DNA of 64,000 nucleotides, from the NCBI GenBank assembly GCA_966243015.1, contig CBIMES010000001.1:426076-490075 (forward strand). The letters run 5' to 3'. Shown in pieces: positions 53,156 through 63,117 of the stretch. Source of the stretch: an uncultured bacterium (GTDB lineage: Bacteria; Patescibacteriota; Minisyncoccia; Phycocordibacterales; UBA6065). Under the pieces are notes generated by a model. That model was not told the origin of the DNA and ran no database searches. It saw only the letters and a program-made list of their open reading frames with translations. The stretch's first letter is position 1. The number at the start of each line of letters is the position of its first letter. The position numbers were made by a program, and so were the translations under genes.

Positions 53156-53827
53156 ATGGGCCTCAAAGATTTCCTCAACTCTCTTCCCCGAAACTTCGTC
53201 CGCTCGTTCTCGGGCGCACACGCGCTGTGGCACCTGCTCGCCGTCGCGCTCACGACACTCATCGTCCTCTCGGGACTCGACTGGGCATATTTCCTGTACG
53301 TGCGCGGCGAGCTGCTCAACGCGGTCTTCTTCCCCGCCATCGTCATCGGCATGTTCCTGCCGATAGTCCTGCCGCTTTGGCTGGTCGTGTCCGGACGCAG
53401 GCGACGCGACGTCTCACGGACCGTGTACGGCTGGGCGATCATGCAGGCGGCCGCCTTGGGCTGGGTTATCTCCTCTCTCTACAAGTCCGTCACGGGCCGC
53501 GTCCAGCCTGATCTCCTCAACATCGCCGCGTCGACCGACCAGAGTCTTAACTGGAACTTCGGCTTCTGGGAGCACGGCATCTTCTGGGGCTGGCCCTCGT
53601 CGCACACGACAGTCGCCTTTGCCACCGCCATCGCCTTTGTCATACTCCTCGGCCGCAAGAGGCCCGTCGCGAAATGGACGGCCGTCGCCTACGCATTCTA
53701 TGTGGGCATCGCCACCTCCCTCGGCATCCACTGGCTCTCCGAGTTCGTTGCGGGCGCGATTATCGGAACGGTCATCGGCGTGACCGTGGGGAGATGGTGG
53801 AGGCCGAAACTCGGCGAGGGAAAGTGA
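53156..53827 (+). CDS. PAP2-superfamily membrane phosphatase
   Basis: KSVTGRVQPD, PSSHT and LGIHWLSEFVAG motif blocks with 6 TM helices. Confidence 0.7.
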   Translation: MGLKDFLNSLPRNFVRSFSGAHALWHLLAVALTTLIVLSGLDWAYFLYVRGELLNAVFFPAIVIGMFLPIVLPLWLVVSGRRRRDVSRTVYGWAIMQAAALGWVISSLYKSVTGRVQPDLLNIAASTDQSLNWNFGFWEHGIFWGWPSSHTTVAFATAIAFVILLGRKRPVAKWTAVAYAFYVGIATSLGIHWLSEFVAGAIIGTVIGVTVGRWWRPKLGEGK

Positions 53828-53861
53828 CATCGGCCCGGCCAGAAATGCTAGACTGACTCAT

Positions 53862-54413
53862 ATGAAAACCTACCTCGCTCTTCTCCGCGGCGTGAACGTC
53901 GGGGGAAAGAACAAAGTATCAATGGCGACGCTGCGAAGGTGTCTCGAGGACCTCGGCTTCTCCGGCGTCTCGACCTTCATCGCAAGCGGCAACGTCATCC
54001 TGAAATCAGACAAGGGCCCCGAGAAGGTGCGGGGCGCGATCGAGGCAGCGCTCACCAAGAACTTCAGGCTCGACAGCGAGCTCATCAAAGTCCTCGTTCT
54101 CACCCACAAACAGCTCAAGGCGGTGGTCGAGGGCAAGCCGAGGGGATTCGGAGAGAAGCCCGACACCTATCACAGCGACGCCATCTTCCTCATGGACGCC
54201 AAAGTGTCCCAGGCAATCAAGGCCTTCAGCCCCAAGGAAGGCGTCGACAGAATCTGGCCAGGCAAAGGCGTCATCTACTCGGAACGGCTGAGCGCCGAGC
54301 GCACCAAGAGCCGCCTGAACAGAATCATGCTCTCCCCTCTCTACAAGTCCATGACCATCCGTAACTGGAACACGACGACGAAACTGCTCGCGATACTCGA
54401 AAGGGATAAATGA
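53862..54413 (+). CDS. DUF1697 domain protein
   Basis: N-terminal YLALLRGVNVGGKNKVSMATLR hallmark of DUF1697. Confidence 0.85.
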   Translation: MKTYLALLRGVNVGGKNKVSMATLRRCLEDLGFSGVSTFIASGNVILKSDKGPEKVRGAIEAALTKNFRLDSELIKVLVLTHKQLKAVVEGKPRGFGEKPDTYHSDAIFLMDAKVSQAIKAFSPKEGVDRIWPGKGVIYSERLSAERTKSRLNRIMLSPLYKSMTIRNWNTTTKLLAILERDK

Positions 54414-54436
54414 CCGCAAGAGGTTATAATCAACTT

Positions 54437-54988
54437 ATGAAGAAAACAATTCCAATAATCATCACACTCGCCGCCCTCCTCGTCATCGGCTTCTACGCCC
54501 TCAACGCGTACATATACGAGGAGAAGCAGGCGGACACCGCGAGCGACTACAGAAAGGCAAGCTATCTCATCGACGGCGCGAGCGTGCCCCTCGGCGAGGC
54601 AGGCACAAAGTATTTTGGAAGCGAGCTTCGCACCGACCTCAACGCCGACGGCCGAGCGGACGTCGCCTTTATCATCACCCAGGACGGTGGCGGCAGCGGG
54701 ACCTTCTTCTACGTCGTCGCGGCGCTCGAAACCGAGCGAGGGTATGTGGGCTCCGAGGCATACCTCCTCGGCGACCGCATCGCCCCTCAGAATATAAACG
54801 TCAGCCCGAACCCAAGACACAGGAACGTCATCGTCGCGAACTACGCGGACCGGGCGCCAGACGAACCGATGTCCGCACGGCCATCCGTCGGGAAAAGCGC
54901 GTACCTCAAGCTCGATCCCGAGAGCATGCGCTGGGCAATCGTGCAGGCAGACTTCGAGGGAGAGTCGGCCGACGGATCGGCAAGGTAG
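54437..54988 (+). CDS. Hypothetical membrane-anchored extracytoplasmic protein
   Basis: Start trimmed to MKKTIPIIITLAALLVIGF (signal anchor). Confidence 0.5.
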   Translation: MKKTIPIIITLAALLVIGFYALNAYIYEEKQADTASDYRKASYLIDGASVPLGEAGTKYFGSELRTDLNADGRADVAFIITQDGGGSGTFFYVVAALETERGYVGSEAYLLGDRIAPQNINVSPNPRHRNVIVANYADRAPDEPMSARPSVGKSAYLKLDPESMRWAIVQADFEGESADGSAR

Positions 54989-55062
54989 GCGTCCAAGCGA
55001 AAACGAAACAGGAAACAAAAGGCCCGCGCAGTACTGCGCGGGCCGAACTGTCTTGCCTGCAT

Positions 55063-55626
55063 TCAACCCCCTTGGACAAATTCGAAATAGTCCTCGAGGC
55101 GGAACGAGCCCTCCCTGCTGTCGGTCGCGTGGGCGATGAACCTGACGCCGTCGTGACGGGTGGCGACAAGCCGACAATACGGCGGACCGGACGGTATCGG
55201 CAGCCTCTCGAGCGCGACGGACACGATGTCCTGCGCCACGAGGCTGAGTATCCCGTTCGACACGCTCGCCGGAATGAATATCTCCAGGAACCATTCCGAG
55301 CCAAACGGCAGGTCGCCCTCGAGGGTGACGCCGCAGCCGTTGGACCAGGTGTAGAGAGGCTTCTCGTGGTGGTGAGGCCGGTAGAAGCAAGCGCCGAATG
55401 ACCCGAAGAAGAAGTTCTTGGAGAACTCATTCTTGTCCTTCGGCCAAGCGACGCCTTTTGCCTTGAACTGCGCCCGTATGCACTCCGCGAGCTCCCCGAT
55501 CTCGACCCATCCCCAGCTTTCGCAGCGGCGGTCTTCGGCGGAGACTCTGTCCGAGTTGATGGCAAGGTTGCGAACGCTCGGGCGCGCAACCGTGAACGAC
55601 ACTATCCCTTCCAATCTTCTTTTCAT
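55063..55626 (-). CDS. Hypothetical protein (187 aa)
   Basis: ORF with protein-like composition. Overlapping ORFs in other frames look like artefacts. Confidence 0.45.
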   Translation of the reverse strand: MKRRLEGIVSFTVARPSVRNLAINSDRVSAEDRRCESWGWVEIGELAECIRAQFKAKGVAWPKDKNEFSKNFFFGSFGACFYRPHHHEKPLYTWSNGCGVTLEGDLPFGSEWFLEIFIPASVSNGILSLVAQDIVSVALERLPIPSGPPYCRLVATRHDGVRFIAHATDSREGSFRLEDYFEFVQGG

Positions 55627-55782
55627 AGGTATCCTTGCCGCCTGCTGGCGGCTGTCTAGGATTCTGGAGAACCGACCCCGAGAGGGGTCTAGAGGGCTTC
55701 CGTCGCCATATTCCCCGAGAACGAGCGACGTGTCAATGAAAAGGCCCCGCTTTTCAGCGGGGCCTCGATGCCGGCGGACAGG

Positions 55783-56493
55783 CTAGGTCCTGGAATGCCG
55801 GTTGATGATGCGAACGCTCGCCTCGCCGCCACCCGTCGGAATAAACTTGACCGCGAGGGCGACACGATGCTCGGGATTGAGGGCTCTCCAGTATTCCCGG
55901 GCAATCTCCTCGATATCGCCCACGAGAGGAACGACGAGAGGCTCGCCCGTGAAGGACGGAAGCGGATCGCCGTCACCCGTGTAGGTGGTGACGAGCCTGC
56001 CGACGCCTTCGATGCCGAGCGGCCCGTCGCACCCGTGAGAGAACGAGAGAAACTCGGGAAAGATAGACCCTCGCATCCTCCTGATGACGACGAACTCGAC
56101 CAGATGGCTCCGGTCGGGGAATCTCCGATACAGGCCCGTGATCCGCGGCGTGAAGTTCGGATTGTCGGGCTCATAGGAGAACCGGTCCAGTCCGAGAAGC
56201 TCCGCGAGCGGGAGACACTGTTCGACGGTCTTCTCGACGCGCTCGTATACTGCGCTCGTCTGCCTGCCGTTGCTCACGACATGCGCCCAGCCGTCGTCCC
56301 GCATCGCGTCATAGATGACGAGCTCGGGATTTCCAGCCTTGGACTGGTCCGCGAACGCGGTTCGGACGCCGCCGTCGGCGTTCTCGAGAATCCGATTCCT
56401 GCTGTTGGGGCTCCTGCCGGTAATGAAATACACCTGCACGAAATGCGAGCCGGTGTCGTTGAATCCCATGGCGATCCCTCGCCCGGGATACAT
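55783..56493 (-). CDS. purO: IMP cyclohydrolase, archaeal PurO-like
   Basis: Start MYPGRGIAMG...ITGRSPNSRNR...VVSNGRQTS...TPRI blocks align by eye with the M. jannaschii PurO N-terminal blocks (MYLGRILAVG, SSRSFPNR, VVSNGSHT, NTPRI). Confidence 0.6.
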   Translation of the reverse strand: MYPGRGIAMGFNDTGSHFVQVYFITGRSPNSRNRILENADGGVRTAFADQSKAGNPELVIYDAMRDDGWAHVVSNGRQTSAVYERVEKTVEQCLPLAELLGLDRFSYEPDNPNFTPRITGLYRRFPDRSHLVEFVVIRRMRGSIFPEFLSFSHGCDGPLGIEGVGRLVTTYTGDGDPLPSFTGEPLVVPLVGDIEEIAREYWRALNPEHRVALAVKFIPTGGGEASVRIINRHSRT

Positions 56494-56696
56494 GTTGGCG
56501 GAGAGACCACGAAGGTTCAGCGCCAAGCGATCTGACAGTAAAGATGACATCTGACAACGATCCTTTCTTGGTTGTGCCCAAAGGGCGGTTTGCGTGACTG
56601 ACCCAAGACAAGCCTATCGCACGCCGGAGTGTTGTCAACGGAGAGTCCCGCGGCCCTTCCCTTTCCTGATACAATACAAGGCAACCAACACGCACC

Positions 56697-57116
56697 ATGC
56701 CAAACAACGAAATCACCGTCAGCACAGACATCAAGGCGCCGCTCGACGCGGCCTGGAAGGCCTTCACCGAACCCGAGGGCATTACGCAGTGGAACCACGC
56801 CTCGGACGACTGGAGGTGCCCGAGAGCCGAGAACGACCTGCGCGTCGGCGGCAGGTTCAACTACCGCATGGAGGCGCGCGACGGCAGCGAGGGCTTTGAT
56901 TTCGAGGGCACCTACACCGAGCTCATTCCCCGCTCGCGCATCTCGTACGCGCTCGACGACGGCCGCGCGGTTCGCGTCTCCTTCATGTCCGTGGACGACG
57001 GCGTGGTGCGAGTGACCGAGACCTTCGACCCCGAGAACCTCAACCCTCTCGAGATGCAGCGCGACGGCTGGCAGGCCATCCTCGACAACCTCAAAAAGCA
57101 CGTCGAGGGACAGTAA
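56697..57116 (+). CDS. SRPBCC family protein (AHSA1/polyketide-cyclase-like)
   Basis: TVSTDIKAPLDAAWKAFTEPEGITQW...FNYRM pattern typical of SRPBCC. Confidence 0.75.
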   Translation: MPNNEITVSTDIKAPLDAAWKAFTEPEGITQWNHASDDWRCPRAENDLRVGGRFNYRMEARDGSEGFDFEGTYTELIPRSRISYALDDGRAVRVSFMSVDDGVVRVTETFDPENLNPLEMQRDGWQAILDNLKKHVEGQ

Positions 57117-57164
57117 GGCGCTTCGCCGTACGGCGGCCCCGTGGGGCCGCCTTTTACGTTGCAT

Positions 57165-57193
57165 TGACTTACTTATTAAAAATGTGCTATAAT
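57165..57193 (+). promoter_or_regulatory. Near-consensus sigma70 promoter: TTGACT-N17-TATAAT with extended -10 TGc, upstream of the zinc-ribbon gene
   Basis: TTGACT 57165-57170, TGCTATAAT 57185-57193. Confidence 0.7.
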
Positions 57194-57224
57194 TATATAC
57201 ATTAGGCTGTTAACTACTTCATCA

Positions 57225-57620
57225 ATGAACGATTTCAAGAGGAGGGGCGGTTTCGGGGGCAAGCGCGACGGTGACCGACGAGGCGGCTTTGGCCGGCCAA
57301 AGTTCGAGGGCGGCGGGCGACGATTCGGACGAACCCCTGCGGGCGCGGGCAGCTTCGGTCGCGAGACCGAGCTCTTCTCGGCAACCTGCGCGGAGTGCGG
57401 CAGGCAGTGCGAGGTTCCCTTCAAGCCAAACGGCAAGAAGCCTGTCCTTTGCAAGGACTGCTTCAGCCGAGGCGAGGGATCGGCGACGGCGCGACCGTCC
57501 TTCAAGTCAGCGCCCCGCGCGAGTGCGTCGGGCACGAGCGTCGACGAGCTCAAGGAGCGCATCGACGGCATGAACCGAAAGCTCGACGCGATCTACGACC
57601 TTCTCTCCCGAAATAGCTAA
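57225..57620 (+). CDS. CxxC-x17-CxxC zinc-ribbon protein with RGG-rich N-terminal region
   Basis: CAEC-x17-CKDC spacing counted exactly. The N-terminus is RRGGFGGKRDGDRRGGFGRPKFEGGGRRFGR. Confidence 0.8.
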   Translation: MNDFKRRGGFGGKRDGDRRGGFGRPKFEGGGRRFGRTPAGAGSFGRETELFSATCAECGRQCEVPFKPNGKKPVLCKDCFSRGEGSATARPSFKSAPRASASGTSVDELKERIDGMNRKLDAIYDLLSRNS

Positions 57621-57681
57621 GGCACCGAAAGAAAAAGCCCGCACCTTACGGTGCGGGCTTTGCTTTTGACGAAACGGCGAA

Positions 57682-58266
57682 TCACCATTCGACCCTGCCC
57701 CCGAGAACATACTGACCACGAGCGCCCGTGGGTAACAACACGTATCGAGCGCCGTCGATGTGATGGGCAACCAGATTATAGGCAAACACCGGCTCACCCC
57801 CGACGCACGCGCCCGTCGGATGACCCTTTGACGTTACGCGAACGATACCGATTTCGGCCAGAGATATGACAGCTTCGCAGAAGCCCGAGGGCAAGAACAC
57901 CGAACCGCCCACGGCCTCAGGGGGACGCTTGCTGCTGTGCGCCGCGTAGGAACCGTAGGTCACCCACGTGAGCACCTCCTTGCCGCCGGTGTGTCCGCAC
58001 AGGAGGCCGAACCGATCGAGAAACTCGGACAGCATGCTCACGGAAGGACCCGTGCGACGCTGCTCGCGCTCCTCTTTAATGACCAGGCCACACAGAAGCG
58101 AGGCGAGATCAGAGAATAGGGCCCACTTCCACGTCCGCAGATATGCGTGGTCGGAATCGAAGACGTTCGGGTCAGCTTCGTAGAGGGTCGGACGAATCCT
58201 TCTCAGACCCACCGGGGCCTCCACGACGCATGACAACTCGGGTGACACTGACATTGCTCCTGACAT
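57682..58266 (-). CDS. Hypothetical protein (194 aa)
   Basis: ORF-track ORF. Confidence 0.4.
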   Translation of the reverse strand: MSGAMSVSPELSCVVEAPVGLRRIRPTLYEADPNVFDSDHAYLRTWKWALFSDLASLLCGLVIKEEREQRRTGPSVSMLSEFLDRFGLLCGHTGGKEVLTWVTYGSYAAHSSKRPPEAVGGSVFLPSGFCEAVISLAEIGIVRVTSKGHPTGACVGGEPVFAYNLVAHHIDGARYVLLPTGARGQYVLGGRVEW

Positions 58267-58415
58267 AATGTTCCTTCCGCCGTCTGAGACGGCTTTCGAA
58301 GTTACGGAGAACCGGCCCCACGCGGGACCAAGAGAGTTTCCATGTCAGACAATGCATTTATTATAATAAAATGTCAATAACTACCCGGCAAAGGCGCCGT
58401 GATACGCTGTTTCCC

Positions 58416-58868
58416 ATGAACTACTGGCTGGTGAAAAGCGAGGGCGGCTGCTACTCGATCGACGATCTCAGGAAGGACCGAAAGACGCCGTGGACCGGCG
58501 TCAGGAACTTCCAGGCGCGCAACTTCATGCGAGACGGCATGAGAATCGGCGACGGCGTCCTCTTCTATCACTCGAACGCGAACCCGTCGGGAGTGTACGG
58601 AATCGCCCGCGTCGCCTCGGCACCGCATTCCGACCTCACCGCCCTCGACAGAAATGACGAACACTATGACCCGAAATCAACGCCGGACAAACCCATCTGG
58701 GAATGCGTCGACATCGCCTTCGAGGCAAAGCTCCACCGCCCTGTCTCGCTCGAGGACATGAAAAGAAACGCCAGGCTCACCAAGATGATCATCCTCCAGA
58801 AAGGCAGCAGGCTCTCTGTGACACCCGTGACTAAGGAGGAGTTCGAGGAGATCGCAAAGACGAGGTAA
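58416..58868 (+). CDS. EVE (PUA-like) domain protein
   Basis: Start MNYWLVKSEGG...VLFYHSNANPSGVYGIARV is the classic EVE N-terminus. Confidence 0.8.
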   Translation: MNYWLVKSEGGCYSIDDLRKDRKTPWTGVRNFQARNFMRDGMRIGDGVLFYHSNANPSGVYGIARVASAPHSDLTALDRNDEHYDPKSTPDKPIWECVDIAFEAKLHRPVSLEDMKRNARLTKMIILQKGSRLSVTPVTKEEFEEIAKTR

Positions 58869-58917
58869 AAGAAAAAGGCCCGCGCACTTCGTGCGCGGGC
58901 CCGATCGGTCACCCTTA

Positions 58918-59238
58918 TCAGGGCAACGCCCCTGCGGCGAGAGACCGCCTGAGCATATGGATGTAGGCTGAGTCGCGGGGAATCTTCCTTTTGACGATGA
59001 GCTCGAGCGTGTGATGAAGATGCGCCCGCTCGTCAACCAAGCGTCTCGTCTCCGAGCGCACGTTCCAGTGAGGGTCCCACTTCATAGTGTGGTCAATCTG
59101 CTCGTCGAGCCTAATTATCTGCTCGAAGACGACGAGGCGTTCCTCGACGCGAATTCTCCGGGCCTTCTCGAGACGCCAGAGAAAGAGGAACAGGACGGCC
59201 GGGGCGATGCTGACGATGAGGTATGTTGAGGAGATCAT
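58918..59238 (-). CDS. Hypothetical small membrane protein
   Basis: TM helix. The start codon is uncertain. Confidence 0.35.
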   Translation of the reverse strand: MISSTYLIVSIAPAVLFLFLWRLEKARRIRVEERLVVFEQIIRLDEQIDHTMKWDPHWNVRSETRRLVDERAHLHHTLELIVKRKIPRDSAYIHMLRRSLAAGALP

Positions 59239-59327
59239 GCTGATGAAAAATCTATACTCGCGCGGGCCCTTTGTCAAAATTGACGCCTGCGGGAGGAGGA
59301 GTATCATTCTCCCAAACCACCACACAC

Positions 59328-59642
59328 ATGACACTTGTCATCCGTGACCAGCTCATCAACCCACCCACGTGGTTCGCGTCGTTCCGGGACCTCACGCTCT
59401 ACTGCAACGTCTTCCTCAGAAGCGACATCGTCATAGAGAGCGACGACCCCGATCCCTACGTCAGATATATACGACCCCGCGGCGGCATGGACTTCGTGAG
59501 AGACTTCGTCCGCCCCGACAGCGAGGACGGGATTCGCCTCGACATCGCGAACACCAGACCGCGAACCATCGTGACAGACCGCATCTCGCCCGAGAACGTC
59601 CATCGGCTCATCGCCGGCATCAGGACGTGTCAGGGGCGCTAG
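59328..59642 (+). CDS. Hypothetical protein
   Basis: ORF with the start trimmed to MTLVIRDQL. Confidence 0.35.
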   Translation: MTLVIRDQLINPPTWFASFRDLTLYCNVFLRSDIVIESDDPDPYVRYIRPRGGMDFVRDFVRPDSEDGIRLDIANTRPRTIVTDRISPENVHRLIAGIRTCQGR

Positions 59643-59738
59643 ACGGCCAAACAGGGCGCGGCTCCTTACGGAGCCGCGCCCTTTCGCCTCTGTGGACAAC
59701 TCACTCCCCGCACCGTGCTCAGAGGGTACAATGAAAAT

Positions 59739-60269
59739 ATGAAGAACATCAGCACACAGCGCGGACTCAGCACCGTGGTCATCGCCCTTATTGTCGCCCT
59801 TCTCGCGGCGGCGGCAGTCTACGGCTACAAGAGCATGTACTCGTACAGGGACACGGCGTCGACAGAGACGAGCGTCACGTCAGGCACGACGACACAGGGA
59901 ACGGCGACCTCGACCGTCGACAGCCCCCTCCTCGGCACGCAGTGGTCATGGAAGTACTCGGACACTCCGGAAGGGAGCGTCACAGCCCCTGCCGGAGACA
60001 GGTTCGTCATCACCTTCAACGAGGACCGCAGCGTCACAAGCAGCACCGACTGCAACAGGATGACAGGCCGGTTCACGGTGAACGGTGAGATCCTCAGCTT
60101 CGGGCCGTTCGCCACGACCAAGATGTACTGCGCAGGCTCGCTCGAGGCTGAGTATGCCCGGCAGCTCGGCCTCACCGCGTCCCACATCATCCAGGGTCCG
60201 GAGCTCCGGCTCATCCTCCTGAAGGACGCGGGCACCATGGTATTCACCCGGAACTTCAAGGCTGAGTAG
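59739..60269 (+). CDS. META-domain (HslJ-like, DUF306) membrane-anchored protein
   Basis: TM anchor followed by a META domain (FTVNGEILSFGPFATTKMYC). Confidence 0.7.
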   Translation: MKNISTQRGLSTVVIALIVALLAAAAVYGYKSMYSYRDTASTETSVTSGTTTQGTATSTVDSPLLGTQWSWKYSDTPEGSVTAPAGDRFVITFNEDRSVTSSTDCNRMTGRFTVNGEILSFGPFATTKMYCAGSLEAEYARQLGLTASHIIQGPELRLILLKDAGTMVFTRNFKAE

Positions 60270-60297
60270 GTTTAGAAGCACTAATCCAAACACGCCC

Positions 60298-60450
60298 ATG
60301 CTTTCAACAATCGCAATCATTCTTCTCGTCCTCTGGCTCCTCGGCATCGTCAGCTCCTACACCGTCGGAGGCTTCATCCACATCCTTCTCGTCATCGCCA
60401 TCGTCATGTTCCTCATCAGGATTATCCGCGGCGAGAATCCCGTCAAATAG
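60298..60450 (+). CDS. lmo0937-family small membrane protein (50 aa)
   Basis: Own translation MLSTIAIILLVLWLLGIVSSYTVGGFIHILLVIAIVMFLIRIIRGENPVK. It is below the ORF-track size cutoff. Confidence 0.65.
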   Translation: MLSTIAIILLVLWLLGIVSSYTVGGFIHILLVIAIVMFLIRIIRGENPVK

Positions 60451-60453
60451 GCA

Positions 60454-63117
60454 ATGAAGTGGCACTCCCTCTCGGCTACCGAGGCGTTCGATAGGCTCGA
60501 ATCCGCCGAACACGGGCTGACGGCAGCGGAGGCAGCGAACAGAGTCGCGTCACACGGCCGCAACGAGCTTGCGGAAGCGAAGACGGACTCTGTTTTCGCT
60601 CTCTTCCTGCGCCAGTTCCAGAGCCCCATTATCTACATCCTCCTCGCGGCGGCCGCGGTCATGTTCGTCATGAGCCACGCGAGCGACGCGCTCATCATCT
60701 TCGCCGTCCTCTTCGTCAACGCCGTCATCGGCGCCGTGCAGGAGGGTCGCGCCCAGAACACCCTCGTCGCCCTCAAGAACATGGTGAGGACGAACGCAAC
60801 GGTCATGCGCGAGCGACGCGAGACCATCGTGCCGTCCGAGGAGATTGTACCCGGAGACGTCATCGTCCTCCGCGAGGGAGACAAGGTCCCCGCGGACGCC
60901 CGCGTCTTCGCCGCGCAGTCACTCCAGATCGACGAGGCCGCCCTCACCGGGGAGTCTGACCCCGTCGCCAAGTCAATCGACGCCATCGCGCGAGAAGACG
61001 TCTCCCCTGCCGACCAGAGGAACATGGTCTTCAAGGGAACCTACGTCATCGGCGGCGAGGCGCGCGCCGTCGTCACGGACACGGGCGCCAGGACGCTCAT
61101 CGGAGGCATCTCCGAGAAGCTCAGCTCACTCGACACCGACATGCCGCTCAAGGCCGAGATCCAGTCGCTCTCGAGACTGGTCATCTTTCTCGTGCTCGGC
61201 GTCTGCGCCGCCCTCTTCGTCATCGGCGTACTTCGCGGCATCAGCTTCGCAGAGATGTTCCTCACGGCCGTGGCGGTCGCCGTATCCGCGATTCCCGAGG
61301 GCCTTCCCGTCGTCGTCACCATCGTCCTCGCCGCGGGCATGTACCGCATGAGCAGGCGCAACGCCCTCGTGCGCAAGCTGCAGGCAGTCGAGGCGCTCGG
61401 CCAGGCCAGCGTCATAGCCGTCGACAAGACAGGCACCATCACCATGAACCAGATGATGGTCGAGAGACTCTATGTGGACGGAAAGTCGTACGAGGTGCTC
61501 GGCAAGGGCTACGAGCCGACCGGCGAGATCACCGAGTCCGGCAACATCGTCGAGCCCCTCAATCATGAGACGCTCCTCCTCGCTGGACGCATCGCCTCCC
61601 TCACCGCCTCTGCGACCATCGCCTACGCGGACGATCTGAAGCAGTGGCAGAGAACGTCAGGCGACCCAACCGAGGCTGCCCTCATCTCCCTCTCGCAGAA
61701 GATTGGCTACGAGAAGGACGCCCTTCTGCGCGAGATGCCGAAGGTCCACGAGATCCCCTTCAGCTCGGCCATCAAGTTCCACGCCACCTCGCACGAGTCA
61801 GAGGGCAAGGTTGTCTTCTACATCGCCGGCGCCCCCGAGGTTATCCTCGAGAAGGCGACGCATGTGCACAGGAACGGAAAATCAGTGCCCTTTGGCGACG
61901 CAGAGCGTGAGGCGACGGCAAAGGCCCTCGCGGGCATGTCTCGCCTCGGCCTCCGCATCGTGGCGCTCGCGGCGCACCTCAACGCGCCTCGCGCCGTCGA
62001 CGCGACGGACCTCCCTGACCTGTGCTTCGTAGGACTCGCCGGCATCAGCGACACCGTGCGCACGGGCGTGCGCGAAGCGCTCGAGGCCGCGCATAAGGCG
62101 GGCGTGAAGGTTGTCATGATCACCGGCGACTATCCCGAAACCGCCCGCGCCATCGGCGAGAAGATTGGCATCTACGAGTCGGGCGACGACATCATCACCG
62201 GCAAGGAGCTCAGCAGCCTGTCAGAGGGCGAGCTCGCCGCGCGACTGCCGAAGACCAGCATCTTCGCCCGCGTGACGCCCGAGGACAAGCTCAAGATCAT
62301 AGAGGCGTACCGACGCCAGAAGATCATCATCGCCATGACCGGAGACGGCGTGAACGACGCCCTGTCGCTCGCCGCCGCGGACCTTGGCGTGTCCATGGGC
62401 AAGATTGGTACTGAGGTGGCCAAGGAAGCATCCGACATGGTGCTCCTCGACGACAACTTCGGCAGCATTGTCTCGGCCATCGAGGAGGGCCGTAACATCT
62501 ACCACACCATCAAGAAGGTCATCCTCTATCTCCTCTCGACATCCCTCGGAGAGGTCCTCACCATCACCGCCGCCATCGTTCTCGGCTATCCGCTTCCCCT
62601 GCTCGCCGGACAGATCATCTGGCTCAACTTCATCACCGACGGATTCCTGGTAGTGGCACTCGCGCTGGAGCCCAAGGAGGGCAACGTGCTCGGCCGTATC
62701 AAGCGACATACCACGGCCATGGTCAACCGTGCGATGGTAAACAGGATCGGCCTTATGAGCGTGTCCATGACGGCCGTCTCGCTCGCCCTCTTCGTCGCCT
62801 ACCTCGACCAGGGATTCGTCATCGCCTCGACCGTCGCCCTCACCACCCTTGCGGTCTGTCAGTGGTACAACGCATTCAACGTCAGGTCAGAGGTCAGGTC
62901 GGTCTTCAACAGGCACTTCTTTGGCAACCCCTTCCTCTTCGTCGCCCTCGCCGTCGTCGCGGGCCTTCAGGTGCTTGCCGTCTACTGGACTCCCCTTCAG
63001 GACCTCCTCCGCACGGCGCCGCTCGCCCTCAAGGATTGGTATGTGATATTAGGCTGGAGCCTTGTGGTCATCGCCACCGAGGAGATCAGGAAGCTTGTCG
63101 CCCGCCTAAGGAGATAA
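60454..63117 (+). CDS. Cation-transporting P-type ATPase (P2-type, Ca2+-ATPase-like)
   Basis: DKTGTIT phosphorylation motif, TGES, TGDGVNDA and 10 TM helices over 887 aa. Confidence 0.9.
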   Translation: MKWHSLSATEAFDRLESAEHGLTAAEAANRVASHGRNELAEAKTDSVFALFLRQFQSPIIYILLAAAAVMFVMSHASDALIIFAVLFVNAVIGAVQEGRAQNTLVALKNMVRTNATVMRERRETIVPSEEIVPGDVIVLREGDKVPADARVFAAQSLQIDEAALTGESDPVAKSIDAIAREDVSPADQRNMVFKGTYVIGGEARAVVTDTGARTLIGGISEKLSSLDTDMPLKAEIQSLSRLVIFLVLGVCAALFVIGVLRGISFAEMFLTAVAVAVSAIPEGLPVVVTIVLAAGMYRMSRRNALVRKLQAVEALGQASVIAVDKTGTITMNQMMVERLYVDGKSYEVLGKGYEPTGEITESGNIVEPLNHETLLLAGRIASLTASATIAYADDLKQWQRTSGDPTEAALISLSQKIGYEKDALLREMPKVHEIPFSSAIKFHATSHESEGKVVFYIAGAPEVILEKATHVHRNGKSVPFGDAEREATAKALAGMSRLGLRIVALAAHLNAPRAVDATDLPDLCFVGLAGISDTVRTGVREALEAAHKAGVKVVMITGDYPETARAIGEKIGIYESGDDIITGKELSSLSEGELAARLPKTSIFARVTPEDKLKIIEAYRRQKIIIAMTGDGVNDALSLAAADLGVSMGKIGTEVAKEASDMVLLDDNFGSIVSAIEEGRNIYHTIKKVILYLLSTSLGEVLTITAAIVLGYPLPLLAGQIIWLNFITDGFLVVALALEPKEGNVLGRIKRHTTAMVNRAMVNRIGLMSVSMTAVSLALFVAYLDQGFVIASTVALTTLAVCQWYNAFNVRSEVRSVFNRHFFGNPFLFVALAVVAGLQVLAVYWTPLQDLLRTAPLALKDWYVILGWSLVVIATEEIRKLVARLRR

